Source of the DNA: Mizuhopecten yessoensis
Lineage: Eukaryota
Length of the DNA: 64,000 bases
Reading direction: 5' to 3'
Assembly: GCF_002113885.1 (NCBI RefSeq)
Contig: NW_018405752.1
Span: 7,288-71,287, forward strand
Of this stretch, positions 11,013 to 28,335 are shown piece after piece. Below the pieces are notes generated by a model, which ran no database searches, was not told where the DNA came from, and saw nothing but the letters and a program-made list of their open reading frames with translations. Numbering within the stretch: position 1 is the stretch's first letter; each line of letters opens with the position of its first letter. A program made the position numbers and the translations under genes.

Positions 11013-14000
11013 TCACCTGGCGACCAGAGCGAGTGATGTAAACAGAGTCATTCGATAAACGATGTGGAGAGTTTGGAATGAGTAGTTCAGTTTTAAACAT
11101 CTTGGGAGATTCGGGTCGCGTTTGGGGGTCTGGTTTCTGTGGGGTTTATGGTTTCTCTGGTAAAGTGATTTTATTTTGTGTGATGGAAAATGCGTAAGGA
11201 TAACTGGAGCTTCATGTTGGTTATAGTCTAAAGCTGTTTCCTTAGTTTTAAGAATATGATATCTGTTTCTGCGATATACACCTCCATCAGGTTTGTGTAC
11301 AGTGTAAGATCTGGCATTTTCCTGTTTTGTTACTACTGCAGGTTTCCATCTACCATCACGTTCAATCCTAACAGTCTCGCCTACATCTAGTTGATTTAGA
11401 GACTTTGAAGACTTGTCATGGTAGTATTTCTGTCTATACTTCCCTTCCCGTGTTTTCTGTGTGTTTAGTGATGTATTTACGGTCACAGGTTTAAGCTGTT
11501 CTGATGATAAAGGGAGAACGGAACGTAGGCGACGACCCATCAGTAGCTAGGATGGCGAGAAAACGGAGTCGAGGGGGGTTGTACGGTATTCTAGTAGGGC
11601 AATATAGGGGTCTCTACCATCAGCCTTATAGCTTTAGTAAATAGACGTTTGATAGTCTGGACAGTTTTCTCTGCTAAACCGTTTGACTGGGGGTGGTGTG
11701 GACTAGAGGTTTCGTGGTTGAAATCCCAAGTTTTTGCAAACTCCCGAAATTTCTCGCTGGAGTATTCGGGACCATTGTCAGAGATAATTTTCTCTGGTAT
11801 ACCAAACCTCGAGAAGAGTTCTTTAAGTTTGGATATGACAGCTGCACTGGTAGTGGAGGAAAGTTTTGAGACCTCAAAATAGCGACTGTGATAGTCTACA
11901 ACGACTACAAAACCCTGATCATTCCATGCACAGAGATCAGTGGCGACTATCTGCCATGGTCGTGCAGGTATCTCGCGGGGTAGCATGGGTTCTTTCGCGT
12001 TCGAATTTCTCAACTCTAAACACGTAGGACAGTTTAGGACTAATTCAGAAATGTCTGAACTTAAGCCAGGCCAAAACATGATATCCTTGGCTCGACTACG
12101 ACATTTCTCTACACCCATGTGACCAGAATGTAGCAGATCTAACATGACTATTCTCAACCCTTTGCGTATGATTGTTCTTGTGCCTTTGGAATTGATACCA
12201 TGGATGACTGTCATTTCATCTCTAATGTTCCAATATTCAATGATAGACAACAGACAGTCTCTCCGTTGATCTGGCCAACCATCTTGAATACTTAAGTAAG
12301 GGTGACCATTTGGGGGTCAGCCATATCATGCTGTCTGATTTCGTCCATGCGACGAGAGCTTACAGGTAAATTGGACATGACGGTGCGGACTTGGACATCC
12401 ATACCTTCTGAGAGTTCAGGGTAAGTATCGGGCATGAACGTTCTAGACAAGGCATCTGCCACACGAATTTGTTACCCTGGAACGTGTCTAACACTGACAT
12501 TGAAGTTTAGCAATTTCAGCATCATTCTCTGCAGGCGTGCGGGAGCTGCACCGATAAGCTTTTTGAGAATAGACTCGAGGGGCTTATGGTCAGACTCGAC
12601 ATCGATGAGTCTCCCAAATAGTGAAAACGCTTACAAACATATAAAATTGCAAACATTTCCTTTGATATTTGTGCATATTGAACTACTGAAGGGGTCAAGG
12701 ACTTTGATGCATAAGCTACAGGTTTACCGTGTTGTAGTCGCTGGCGCCTAGACCATACTTTGATGCATCAACTTGTAGGGTAACAGGTTCATCAGGGCAA
12801 AGTATGCTAACACAGGACTCTGCGTTATGAGGTTTTTCACTTTCTGAAATGCCTCCATTTGTGGGCTTTCCCATACAAACTCCATGTCTTTTGGTAAAAG
12901 ACTTCTTAAGAGGTTTGTTACCTGGGACAGGTTTGGGGCAAACTTAGCAAGATAGTTTATCGTGCCTAGTATTGTCACTAGCTAACCTTTGTCACGTGAT
13001 GGTTTCATGTTACGCACTGCAGCCACCTTTTCAGGGTCAGGCTGTAGTCCTATCTCGGTCAGTAGGTGACCAAAATAGCATACACTAGTGACACCTACCT
13101 CCAGTTTGTCATCATTGAGCTGTATACCTACTGATCTGGTTCTGTCTAGTACTGCTCACAGGTTCTCGTCAAGCTCATGTCTGGTCTTGCCAGACACTAG
13201 TATGTCGTCTACTATGGCATTGACACCAGTCAAGCCTTCATAACTGCTATCAATTACACGCTGGAATTCATCCTTGCGGTCTGAACATCAAAGGGCATGT
13301 GTAGAAAGCGATACCTACCGACGGGCGAGTCGAAAGTGGTAAGTAGTGATGAATCATGGTCTTGTTTCAGGGCCCCATAGCCTGAACGTGCATCGAGCTT
13401 CGTGAAATAACGTGCTCACGTGAGATCTGACAGTATCTCCTCTAGGGTCTTCATTGGGTAATGGGGACGATTTATGGCCTTATTTAGACTTTGATGGTCT
13501 AAACATACTCTCAACTTCCCTGAAGCCTTTTTTACGACTACAAGGGAGTTGACCCATGGTGTAGGTTCATTTACCTTAACTATGTCCTCAGCCTGCACCA
13601 TTCGCTCATACTCAGCCTTGAATTTATCGCGAGTGGCTATTGGTACTTTACGAGGGGGGTTTACAACTGGTTGTACACCCGGGTTAACGTGGAAAGTACA
13701 GTTACCTGGACACTGACAAATGCCTTTAAATACGTCCGAGTATTCACACATGACATACTTCTTGTCAAGTGGTAGGGCGGATTGGTTTGAAGTGACTTAC
13801 CTTGAGCATGTTGGAGTTCTGTGGTTAGCAAGTGGGTGTGGCTACAAGGGGTAGGGTTTACAGCATATATCAACTTGATAAGCTGTTGGTTTAAAAAAGC
13901 CTGGAGATCTAAGATGGGGGTAAGTGCAGTATTGGTCACATATATTTCTGCAGTTTCACGTTGATTTTATACATAATCTGCATATCACAACAACCTAGGG

Positions 14001-15037
14001 TTCTGATTGGTGAGCCATTGTATGAATGTGTGCTTGGGGTATGCATGATCAAGTATGTGTAAAGGTATGACATTTACCTGTGTTCCTGTGTCTAATTTAA
14101 ACGTGACAGCCTTTTTGTGGGGTCCAAACTCAAGGTCAACCAGTGCTTGGTCTTGGGGGTGGGACATGGAGTGGATTGTGCGTTTATAACATCAACATAA
14201 AATTCATCCGAATCTATACCCAATGACTCTGATTCACTCTCTTCAGATACACAAGTAACAGACCTACAATTAGAACCAAAGAGAATTTCTTTTTGCATTT
14301 CAAACACTGTTCACCCTTTGCTGGGCATTTAAAGTTGTGTTTCAATATTCTTCTCTTCTTTGTTGATCACGAGAGTTCTGTGTATAATGTGAACTATGTA
14401 CACGTGCTGAACGTGAGTCCCGGGTCGGGCGAGTGTCTCTGGCTCTCCCTGTCTTTCTGTTAGAGTCTGTCCGTACGGCGTGTATGGCGGTATCTGACGT
14501 CGACGATTCTGGTTGCATGGTCCGGAGCTGTGTCAAGGCGTACTCGCACCCTTGTCCAATCGTAATGGCTTTATCTAGGGTCAGTTCATTACCATCGTTG
14601 ATAAGCTTCTCGAGTACATTCTGGGACGTTACACCGAATACGATGCGATCTCTTATCATTTCGTCCGCGTTTGTAAAAGTACATGGCTTTGCCGACATTC
14701 GTAGTTTGATGACAAACACGTGTAATGGTAATGCACTTTGGACAATGTTATTGGATTTAAATTTGGTGAACACAACGTTAGCTTTAGGCTGTTCGTACGT
14801 TTCAAACTTTTCGTAGAGTGGGGTCAGTAATTTCTCTTCTTCTTCAGTGAATGTCCACGTGCTGTATATGTCTCTTCCTCTTTGACCAATCCATAGAAGG
14901 ATGTATGTCCTTTGTACTATCTTTCAGAAGTCCGGTGAAAATAAGATCAGCGGGCTGCTTGAACTTTTTCCAATCTTCCGGCAAGTTGTTTGAATTCCAG
15001 AGTCCATCTGGGGCGCTTGGATACCTGACAAGGCCAT
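11013..15037 (-). pseudogene. gag-pol polyprotein remnant with multiple stops and frameshifts
   Basis: Gag (MIRDRIVFG, LTLDKAI; Zn-knuckle remnant CPAKGEQCLKC), protease FKLDTGTQVNVIP, RT (KLRVCLD...HYPMKTLEEIL; AIVDDILV), RNase H region, integrase (HSGHMGVEKC..CPTC; IVATDL; SDNGPEY; SNGLAEKTV). Confidence 0.93.
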
Positions 15038-15170
15038 TGTCAGTTCTTGTTCTGACACCATGTAAAGTTTTACTCTGTACTGGTAAACATATTGTGACTC
15101 TAAGATGGAGAAATCACAAACACGTGAAGTCACGCTGATGATACAGAAGAAAGATTTAAAAGAAGGGAGA

Positions 15171-15360
15171 TGTAACGATATGTGGAATTGTTTACTGTTG
15201 TGCAGTCTTGTTATCTGAACTACGTTCCCTTGTATGAATGATTTCCGGGACTCCGTGGAGGACCTTACTTGAACAAAAGATGTCTGCGTGACTTCACATG
15301 TTTGTGATTTCTCCATCTTAGAGTCACAATATGTTTACCAGTACAGAGTCACACATTACA
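15171..15360 (+). repeat. Full-length LTR in inverted orientation, preceded by its own PPT
   Basis: AAAAGAAGGGAGA|TGTAACGATATG...ATTACA; homologous to 10638-10507 but on the opposite strand. Confidence 0.9.
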
Positions 15361-17684
15361 GTGTTAATTTGTTATCGTCAGTTTTGTAGTCATTTCCTGT
15401 GTTGGCTAGTGTTTCGCAGACGTCATTCACTTATCAAATGTCAACAGCTAGAGTGTTCACAATTATATTGTTTTCCAATTTGTGAAAAACTACAAATATT
15501 CTTGAAGTAAAATACCCTTTTTTAAAGTTTATTTCTCGTCGTTGACAAGCAAATTTAATTTAGGACTACTACTGCGACACGAAACAGACGGAAGAAAGGC
15601 TGCTTTAAACACAAGGGCCCCAAATGGGCCTACATCGCTCACCTGGTATAAATCTCACACTTGAAACCTTAAAAGTGATCTAAAATAAAGCTACAGTCAA
15701 AATATTTATAACAAATAAGAATCAAGACATTCTATTTATCTGTCACCCAAATTGCATTCATATCGACTGTATACTGCACCTGACAACAGTTCAATGCAAT
15801 GGTAGAATCGTTGGACTATATAGTCATATATTTCCATTCTTGATGTTTGTTCTGTACATGAATCTACGAAGTGAAAACAACTGCCATTTGACCATGAATA
15901 AACTATGAATACAACGATTCTCGTGCAACCGGTCAGCTGCTTTCACACACAATGACATTATTGCGCATAATGTAATAACGTAGTTGCGAGAAATAATAAT
16001 AAACATTACAAAAATCATAGCTTTTTTAATTGTGGTTCACCGTAATGTAATGTCTCTTCGAGACACTATGTGGTCAGCTTCAGTGTGACAAGACAAACAC
16101 TGTGCAGCTAGTATAGCAGTACAATTGCCTTTGATTTAGTTAGTTAGAACTTCTAACAAGTTTTCAGTCCATCTCATATTTATGAAACTGACTACATTGT
16201 AGTTTTTATAAAAGGCGGTTCGAATGAAAACGAGTTTTTAGGTTACCATCGTTAAATATCAACTTTACAGAATAATTAATAGTTAAACATTTCATCCACG
16301 CTTGACATATGACTTTGAGGACGCAACATTACTGGAATTTTACCTAAATTCACAGAGGGGGAGGCTTAATCTTCCGGAACACCTGGTCTTTTTCATGGCT
16401 TTATCCTTTGCAGGGATCTCTATGTAAAACTATTATTTGTTTATATTGTGCCATTATTTAATCGATTTTAAGTCTGAATTACCGATTTTTTTACTATTCT
16501 GAATTCCTTATTGTTGTTTGTATATATATAATGCGGGTAGCTAGTGGACAAATCCCCGATAACTGGTTGAAGTCAGTGAAGAATTCTCGGCTCAGAGAAT
16601 CGAGCTCACGGGAACATTAAATAATTACACCTTCAAAATATAATTACTTATTCCAATATGTCTTTCCAAACATGCCAATAGGTAGAATTTGGTTGGATAT
16701 TATTACTCAGCAATGGTTCAGTAGTTCAATTATTTAATCTCCCGAGCTTGCTTGTCAGATTTTTTTAGACTCAGGGCAATGAACCTATGTAAAGCCAAGC
16801 CTTCCCGTAATGTGTTTTCTTCGATGTCTTTTTAAATTGCATATTAATCACTATTGGCGGACTCACAGCTTTGTCGAAGTTGTTAAAGTCTTGCGTGAAA
16901 ACTGTTAATATTTTTCTACGCATCCGTTTGATCGACAAAATGTGTGTAAACTTTGAAATTTTTGTCTTTCTTTGGCGAGAAGCACCTTGTGTATTCGTCA
17001 GCGGTAGATTTATTTAAGCAATGCATGCTTTAGCAAATGTTGTTACAGTCCTATAACACGCATTGCTATTGATGACAAACTTTATAAAACCCTGCCGTAA
17101 GTTTGTCAGCAAAAGAAATGTGTGTTATAGGACCATAAAAATATTTGCCTAAAATATTCATTATATATTTACATTTTGATAGAGTAGTTGCTTTTTATTT
17201 TCTTATTTCGAACAGTTTTCTGAACAGCAAATTAAGATGACGTTACAATAGCAAATGTTGTCATTAGTCTAACCATTCTAGGCCAAATTAAGCCGAACCT
17301 CAAACTAATTGCAAAAGAAACTTTTTATTCACTATCATAATCCATAGTGTGTGGTTAAACACACATACAAATTCGAAAACACAGAAAAATGGGAAAGGTT
17401 TATATTTGAGGGTCAAAGGTCACAATAGCTATTTGTTATATACAGATATCTATTGACAATATGATGAAATAGATACAGACAGACAGACAGACAAACAGAC
17501 AGAGCAATATACACAAATGAAAGCAAAATAATCAAATAAAACACTTCATTGTGTTTATTAAAATAGTATTATTTGGGACGAGTTGACTTATAACTATGAC
17601 ATTAAATCAGATTTGTTAGATCAGAGTAATATATTGTAATTATGGAACATTCGTAAAACGTTTTTAAAACGTGTTAATATAAAA

Positions 17685-17778
17685 CTTTAAGTTGCATGAC
17701 ACCACATAACATACAAAGTACAGAGGAATGGGATTTGGAAACAAGTTGAAATAACTTTTATAAATCTGTTTCCGAAAA
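17685..17778 (-). mobile_element. Short 3'-end fragment of the same LINE family as 53693-57720
   Basis: TTAAGTTGCATGACACCACATAACATACAAAGTACAGAGGAATGGGAT...AAACAAGTTGAAATAACTT matches ~53718-53810. Confidence 0.8.
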
Positions 17779-18329
17779 CGTCAAATGTATCTCGAAGTCG
17801 AATAGTAACACTAGTTTTCAGACAATATATCGTCTAACTGCTTTGGACGAGATGACTTATGCCGATTCCAAGCGATCAAGGTATCAGAATGACAGTTCCC
17901 AAAATGGATCACCAAACGGTAATTTTATGCATTCATTGTAAATTCAGAGAAAGAATAATTTTCATGTAGGTTTGTAGCTGTTCTTACCAACTAAATTAGG
18001 ACCATGGGCTCACGTGAGATATTTATAGAACATTCTGACGTCACCAATTAGCGTTTCCGGTTTTTGCAAATATCTTACACTTGAAATGAACATTTGTGAC
18101 ACCATTTGAGCATTTTTAATGGGTTTTAAAATTTCAATGAATATTATAATTTCTATAGGCTTTATTTATTCCTATATTGTGAAAGAGGGTGCATAGTCCT
18201 CGCACGCGCCATATTTTAACAACGTTACCAAAACATTCAACTTTCAGTCTGAAATACGTTTTCTATTTGACCTCGAAAACTAATCATATGTAGACAAAAA
18301 AATGTCCTCATGCATGAAAACTAGCGTTT

Positions 18330-19300
18330 TTTTAAAAACACAATGTAGAGATATTAGAGTTTTTAAGTGGAAAATAAGGTTTGAAGCATGGGGATGTCTG
18401 GAGATGGGTTTATATAATTGTAAATCTTATTTCCAAATTCTATTTCAACAAATATGTTTTGCATTAAACATTTATACTGTAAAAGCAATTGAAAATGAAA
18501 TTAACTTTATATTAAGTATGGGAATTTTCACATTTCCCTGAAATTTGGAAGGGTCGTTTTAAATTAAAGAGTCAAAACTCACACTGTGGAATCAAAAACA
18601 TAATCTCAAGTGTCCATGGATTTTTGACAACAGAACGCCATTTCACCAATATAATTCTTGCCAGATTGTTAACATAGTTCTGTTTCTGTCTTTTGAGTAA
18701 GTGAAAACAATACCTTTATATTATAAATAACAAAAATTATCAATATAACTTTCAAATATATATAACGGTACAGAGGTACCTGTAGTTTTATATTTAATTA
18801 TAAATAATTAAACAAAAGAGTTTTTTTTCCCCAAAGTTTTAGTGTCGTTTACAAGTGAGTCAACTAAGTATGTTCTTGTTATTATATGCCAATATTTTCA
18901 CATACCATTTTGGCTTTCATTAGACACGTTAGAGTATGTTCTGGTTACACCAGAGCCTGAGGGAGCTTTGATTCTTGGATTGGAAAGTACAGGTCTATTT
19001 GAAACGTTTCGGCTCTTTAATTTCTGGCAAAAGTTTCATTTGACTTTTAAATTCAAATGCACAGGGACCACTGAAAGCCCTGACCATAAAGATCTATATA
19101 AAGCCAGCTTTAAAAGGGTTCAATATAGCTATTAGCTTATTCAATAGCTATTGGCTTTTGATAGGTAGTGCTTTCACCACAGGTACTAGCCTCGTCTGTC
19201 AATTATAGGTGTATTGACAGACGAGGCTAGTACCTCTGCTTTCACCGCTGGCTGATATTGACCAAACACCAACTTGTGAATTATCCATTACATCTACAAA
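18330..19300. repeat. Inverted copy of an EPRS intron-1 segment (~5800-6625)
   Basis: Collinear reverse-complement match, e.g. ACGGTACAGAGGTACCTGTAG (~18764) vs CTACAGGTACCTCTGTACCGT (~6176). Confidence 0.9.
19179..19237. mobile_element. 59-bp hairpin MITE with 9-bp TSD
   Basis: GCTTTCACC|ACAGGTACTAGCCTCGTCTGTCAAT-9nt-ATTGACAGACGAGGCTAGTACCTCT|GCTTTCACC. The homologous site at ~5835-5850 is empty. Confidence 0.85.
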
Positions 19301-20089
19301 GTAATCAAGAAGATGTTGTGGAAAGGTAATTAAAAACCTTTTCTTTTCTTAAGAAAACATCATGGTTCATTATGTTGAATACTGATAAATTTAAACATTT
19401 GTCCATCAGCTGTATAAGCCCAAAAGGCAGGGTCAACGCCTATAGAGATTTAACATTAGCGTTGGCCCCTGCTTGGAATTTCAAAACAAGATAAGCTTAA
19501 ATCAGGAACAGTTAGTTTCAGAATTCATTTGATGACAAATGGGACGCCCTTACCTGACACCTGTGTGGGTATTAAAGGTGCGGTAATATTATTGGTCATA
19601 GAGCATTTAAATAACACAATTACTATACAATTATATCACCATCGTGTGTAACATTTTCCTACTATTATTTTGATTCCGAGTATTACACTATTTCAAGAAA
19701 GAATTGTTCTTTATATTTACGATTTAAGCAGAAAGTATGTGAAATTTTATTACTAATGACAAAATTACCATTTTTGACACATTAACTTACATAGTTCTAA
19801 AACTAGTCTTACTTACTTACTTTCTAACTTGCTTTAAAGTTGGCTTCCAATAATACCTTTCAACATCAGTAATTTCAAAACAATTGACAACCGGAAAATT
19901 TGTCATATAACACTTTTTGGTTAAAAAAGAAAAACATAGCTTTCTTTCCACTTTTCCTTTAACTTGTGTTTCCTCATCACCAAAGGTCCTTGGGTGTTGA
20001 TATTTGGCAAATAGGTTGTTCATGTGATTGGATTTAATTTTTCTACACGCTGATTACCTTCGTAAGTAGTTGGATCAAAAAAAGTTTAT

Positions 20090-20659
20090 TACTTGGAAAT
20101 TGTTGAGATCCCCACTGTATAACAATATATTCAATTGTATAAAGTATAAAGAGAAGAATGCACATTTGCTTCCAGGATGGCCCTAGGGTCTAGCTCCATC
20201 CTTGGAGACATAGTCCTTGGGCCATAACTTTAAAACGGTTGAGATCCCCACCCTATAACCATATATACAAATGCTGAGTATAAAGAGATGAATGCACATA
20301 TACTTCAAGGATGGCCTTGGGGTTTGCCCCACCCTTGGAGACTTAATCCCTGGGTCATAACTTCGAAATGGTTTAGATCCCCACCCAAAACTATATATAC
20401 AAGTGTTGGACATAAAGAGACGAATGCAGTCATGACATTAGAATTGATCCCAGGGTCTGCCCCACCCTTGCAGACTTAACTCCTGGGTCATAACTTAGAA
20501 ACGGTTGAGATCCCCACCCCAAAACTATAAATACAAATGATGGGCATGAAAATATAATACAGATATGCTACATATTCCATTGGATCTCATTTGGAGAATA
20601 TTTTGCCATAATTGCTTAGATATCCAGGTGAGCGATACAGGCCCTCTGGACCTCTTGTT
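20090..20659 (-). mobile_element. Helentron-associated (HINE-type) element with internal tandem units
   Basis: Terminus AACAAGAGGTCCAGAGGGCCTGTATCGCTCACCTGG (minus) resembles the terminus at ~15608 (plus). Internal repeats of GAGATCCCCACC...ATATACAA. Confidence 0.55.
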
Positions 20660-21659
20660 AAAGGGTTGAAATGAAAACATACTTTTTGGATGCACAATGT
20701 CAGGGGGCAGTTACTTTATATGTAAACTTCCGTTGAAATTAGCACCACAGTTTTGGAGGAGTTGTCTGGACAACTGTTTTTCAACAAAGGGCTATATCAA
20801 AGGTCAGATTAAACAATTAATACCTGAATGCACAAAAACAGGTGGCAGTTACCATATACGAAAACTTTCGTTGAAATTGACACCTTAGTATTGAAAGACA
20901 TGTCTGAAAAATAATACCTGGATGCACAACTTCAGGTGGTAGTTATCAAATCTGGAAAATTTTCTTGAAATTGTTCCATTACTTTAAAAGGAGTTATAGT
21001 GTATAATGGTTTTTACTATTAAGATTATTATATTGTTTTTATATAATTGCATATCTTTGTCTATAATATAATCTCAACCTTATGTAGTTGTCCAAAGAAA
21101 AGATTACTTCGGAAGAATACATATTCATGAGTAATTAGTGCTGCACATAACTTTAAAACATGTGTAATATAATTAAGTGTTTTGATATGTATTGGTAGTG
21201 TCATAATAAACATTGATAATCAATTCTCCATGAATAAGGGAAATTGGGTATTGATCATGTTTGGCATGCAAAAAAAGTACTTTACCGGTTTTGATATCAC
21301 AAGCAAATGATTCTGTAGACAGAATATATAGGTGGAAAGTTTTTAAAGAAGTATGAAATATAGACTACCATTGTAACTATATAGTCAAGTTGACAATGTT
21401 GGTTATGTTTTAAATTTTGTTAAATTTTTGCATCTTTTTCTGATTAAAAGTGCCACTAAGCTTACTTCATGTGTACCAATAGAACATATTTAGTATCAAA
21501 ATAACAGTAATTTTATACATTGTACACTATCATAATTCATTTTCAAAATAACATTTGCCTGTGACATTTATCTGTCATTTTGTTAAGATACCCCGTCACT
21601 CAACCTGGTGTTATGCAAGGAGGTCCACTTCGGTTATCAGTAGTAATTATAAATAAAGG

Positions 21660-21898
21660 TGTTGAGATGACATGTGCTTCACTTTCTATGTTTTTCACAC
21701 AGGTGTGGAAATGACAGGTGCTTCACTTTCTATGTTTTTCACACAGGTGTGGAAATGACAGGTGCTTCACTTTCTATGTTTTTCACACAGGTGTTGAGAT
21801 GACATGTGCTTCACTTTCTATGTTTTACACAAAAGTGTGGAGGAGACAGGTGCTTCACTTTCTATGTTTTTTCACACAGGCATGGAGATGACACACAG
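21660..21898 (+). repeat. 44-bp tandem repeat (~5 copies) built from the exon-9 splice acceptor
   Basis: GCTTCACTTTCTATGTTTTTCACACAGGTGTGGAAATGACAGGT at 21676, 21720, 21764, 21808 and 21852. Confidence 0.9.
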
Positions 21899-26618
<4,720 letters not shown>

Positions 26619-26673
26619 GAATCAGATGTTTCATTTATAGCATGAAAAAACCCTTTACAGTCTGTATTTATTA

Positions 26674-26860
26674 CAGTCGACCATCTGTATTAAATGACCA
26701 TCTGTTTTATGCGACCACTTTTTATTCCTCCCAACCGTTTTTACTATGTACTTTAATTGTATTAAGCGACCATCTGTCTAACGCGACCAGCGACCACCCA
26801 AAATGACCCCAAAATTACGTTAAATGACCACATTTGATACATTTTAGCGACCATGTTTAA
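26674..26860 (+). mobile_element. Terminus of a Tc1/mariner-pogo-like DNA transposon (one end only)
   Basis: TA|CAGTCGACC followed by repeated GCGACCA(T/C) motifs; no partner TIR found in the window. Confidence 0.5.
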
Positions 26861-28039
26861 CGAAAATTTACCAAACGATCGTTGAAATATTTGTGTAACC
26901 TCCAAATTTGCGACCGTCACCACATTTGACGAAGGGCTAATTCATGATCTTTTTAACAAGTTCAATGAATAAATTTGAAAAAAATTTCCAAACAGTAATT
27001 TTTCTAACCGCCGATATTGATGATTTAGCAGGGAAAATACGGACTGATATTTATCGCAGTCGAGCAAAACCATTTTGATTGCGTGAGAGTCCTGCTAGGC
27101 AATGTAACCTTTAACCCTACGATATCCTCCATCTGATTGGATGAAGTACACTGGCGGGTTTTCATTCTTGAAAAAGGATCTGTTGACAGATGTTTACGAC
27201 AGCACTCTCATGCGAAATTATTATTAATTATCAGCACAACTGCGCACTAAATATGTTTATGTAGCATACATATCGTTTCTAATTCCTCATCAATATTAAA
27301 CGCCTTTTATAACATCCCTGAACTTCTCAACGATACTAACGACAACAATATTTTTTTTAAACTGGATTCTCTTTCCAATTTCCATCGTAAACTAAAGGCA
27401 TAATACACGTGAACCCATTTGTTGGACCAACACAGGAAATGCTATCATTTCAACAACAATATATTTCGAAACAAGTTTAGCTTAAATAATGGTAATTACC
27501 GAAAACACAATCGTGTAAGTTGAGAACTTCAACAAGTCTCCGTCGATCTTTTGTTCTGAGTGTAATGACATTTATTTTCAAACACTCTTTAGTCATTTAG
27601 AACAAACTTGATATTTTAGCTCGTTTTGTCCTACGCCATTTGAAGTTAACTCAAAGTACAAACTTTTCCTGGCTCTGACCAGCGATGAAAGGTATTTTCC
27701 CTGTAACAACAGTGAAGGTTTAAATACAAGTAGAGAGCAGTGATGATGAACATAAACAAAGAGGGTATATATCGGTTAAAAAAAAAGACATCTTACTTTA
27801 ACTAGGCAAAAGGAAAAGAAACATTGATTTTTTTTGTTCGTTTGAAAATAATACGTTTATAAATTTAGACTCAATAGAGGTTTTTTTTAATAATGGGGCG
27901 AATTTGTATCGACCTTTTTTATCAATACGAAACGATAAGTAGAAGTGAAAAAGTAAACATGATTGATATCTGTCAACAATGTTCAGTTACAACACTGCAG
28001 AAACGGCAGCTAAAATACCGCCTACGAATGATTAGTTTT

Positions 28040-28175
28040 GGGCAAACATTTGTCCGTTGTTGAGCTTCCGTTGGACGAACTGGACAGATGAGTTAGAAGC
28101 ACGTCAACAATACAAATACCCGTCGCCCAGCTCACGCAGACATTTCAGGAGGAGTGGGATAACGACCATATACAG
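28040..28175 (+). mobile_element. Tc1-like transposase C-terminal remnant (mirror copy at ~59885-60005)
   Basis: Translates to LDELDR*VRS...AQLTQTFQEEWDN, similar to the Tc1 WDELDRRVR...LQEEWDNI region. Confidence 0.4.
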
Positions 28176-28335
28176 GTTAATTGGTGTATGGTATAGAGGG
28201 TTTATAAACATCATATAGTTCTCTATGATTATACACCCAACCTTTAGACAGCCTTGACATAGTTCATCTAGTAACAATAACACAACTTCAGTCGTAATAA
28301 TATGATAACTAATTCGTAATAACGAGATCGCTTAA

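Larger units (their letters stand above)
10507..15360 (-). mobile_element. Degenerate Ty3/gypsy LTR retrotransposon with inverted outer LTRs
   Basis: TG...CA termini with 5-bp TSD GTGTT (10502-10506, 15361-15365). PBS TGGTGTCAGAA (15060-15050, tRNA-Leu-like) and PPT AAAAGAAGGGAGA (10651-10639). Domain order gag-PR-RT-RNaseH-IN. Confidence 0.95.

Noticed and set aside
10507-15360. DIRS-type element suggested by inverted termini
   Set aside because: Has protease, DDE integrase, PBS, PPT and TSD; no tyrosine recombinase.
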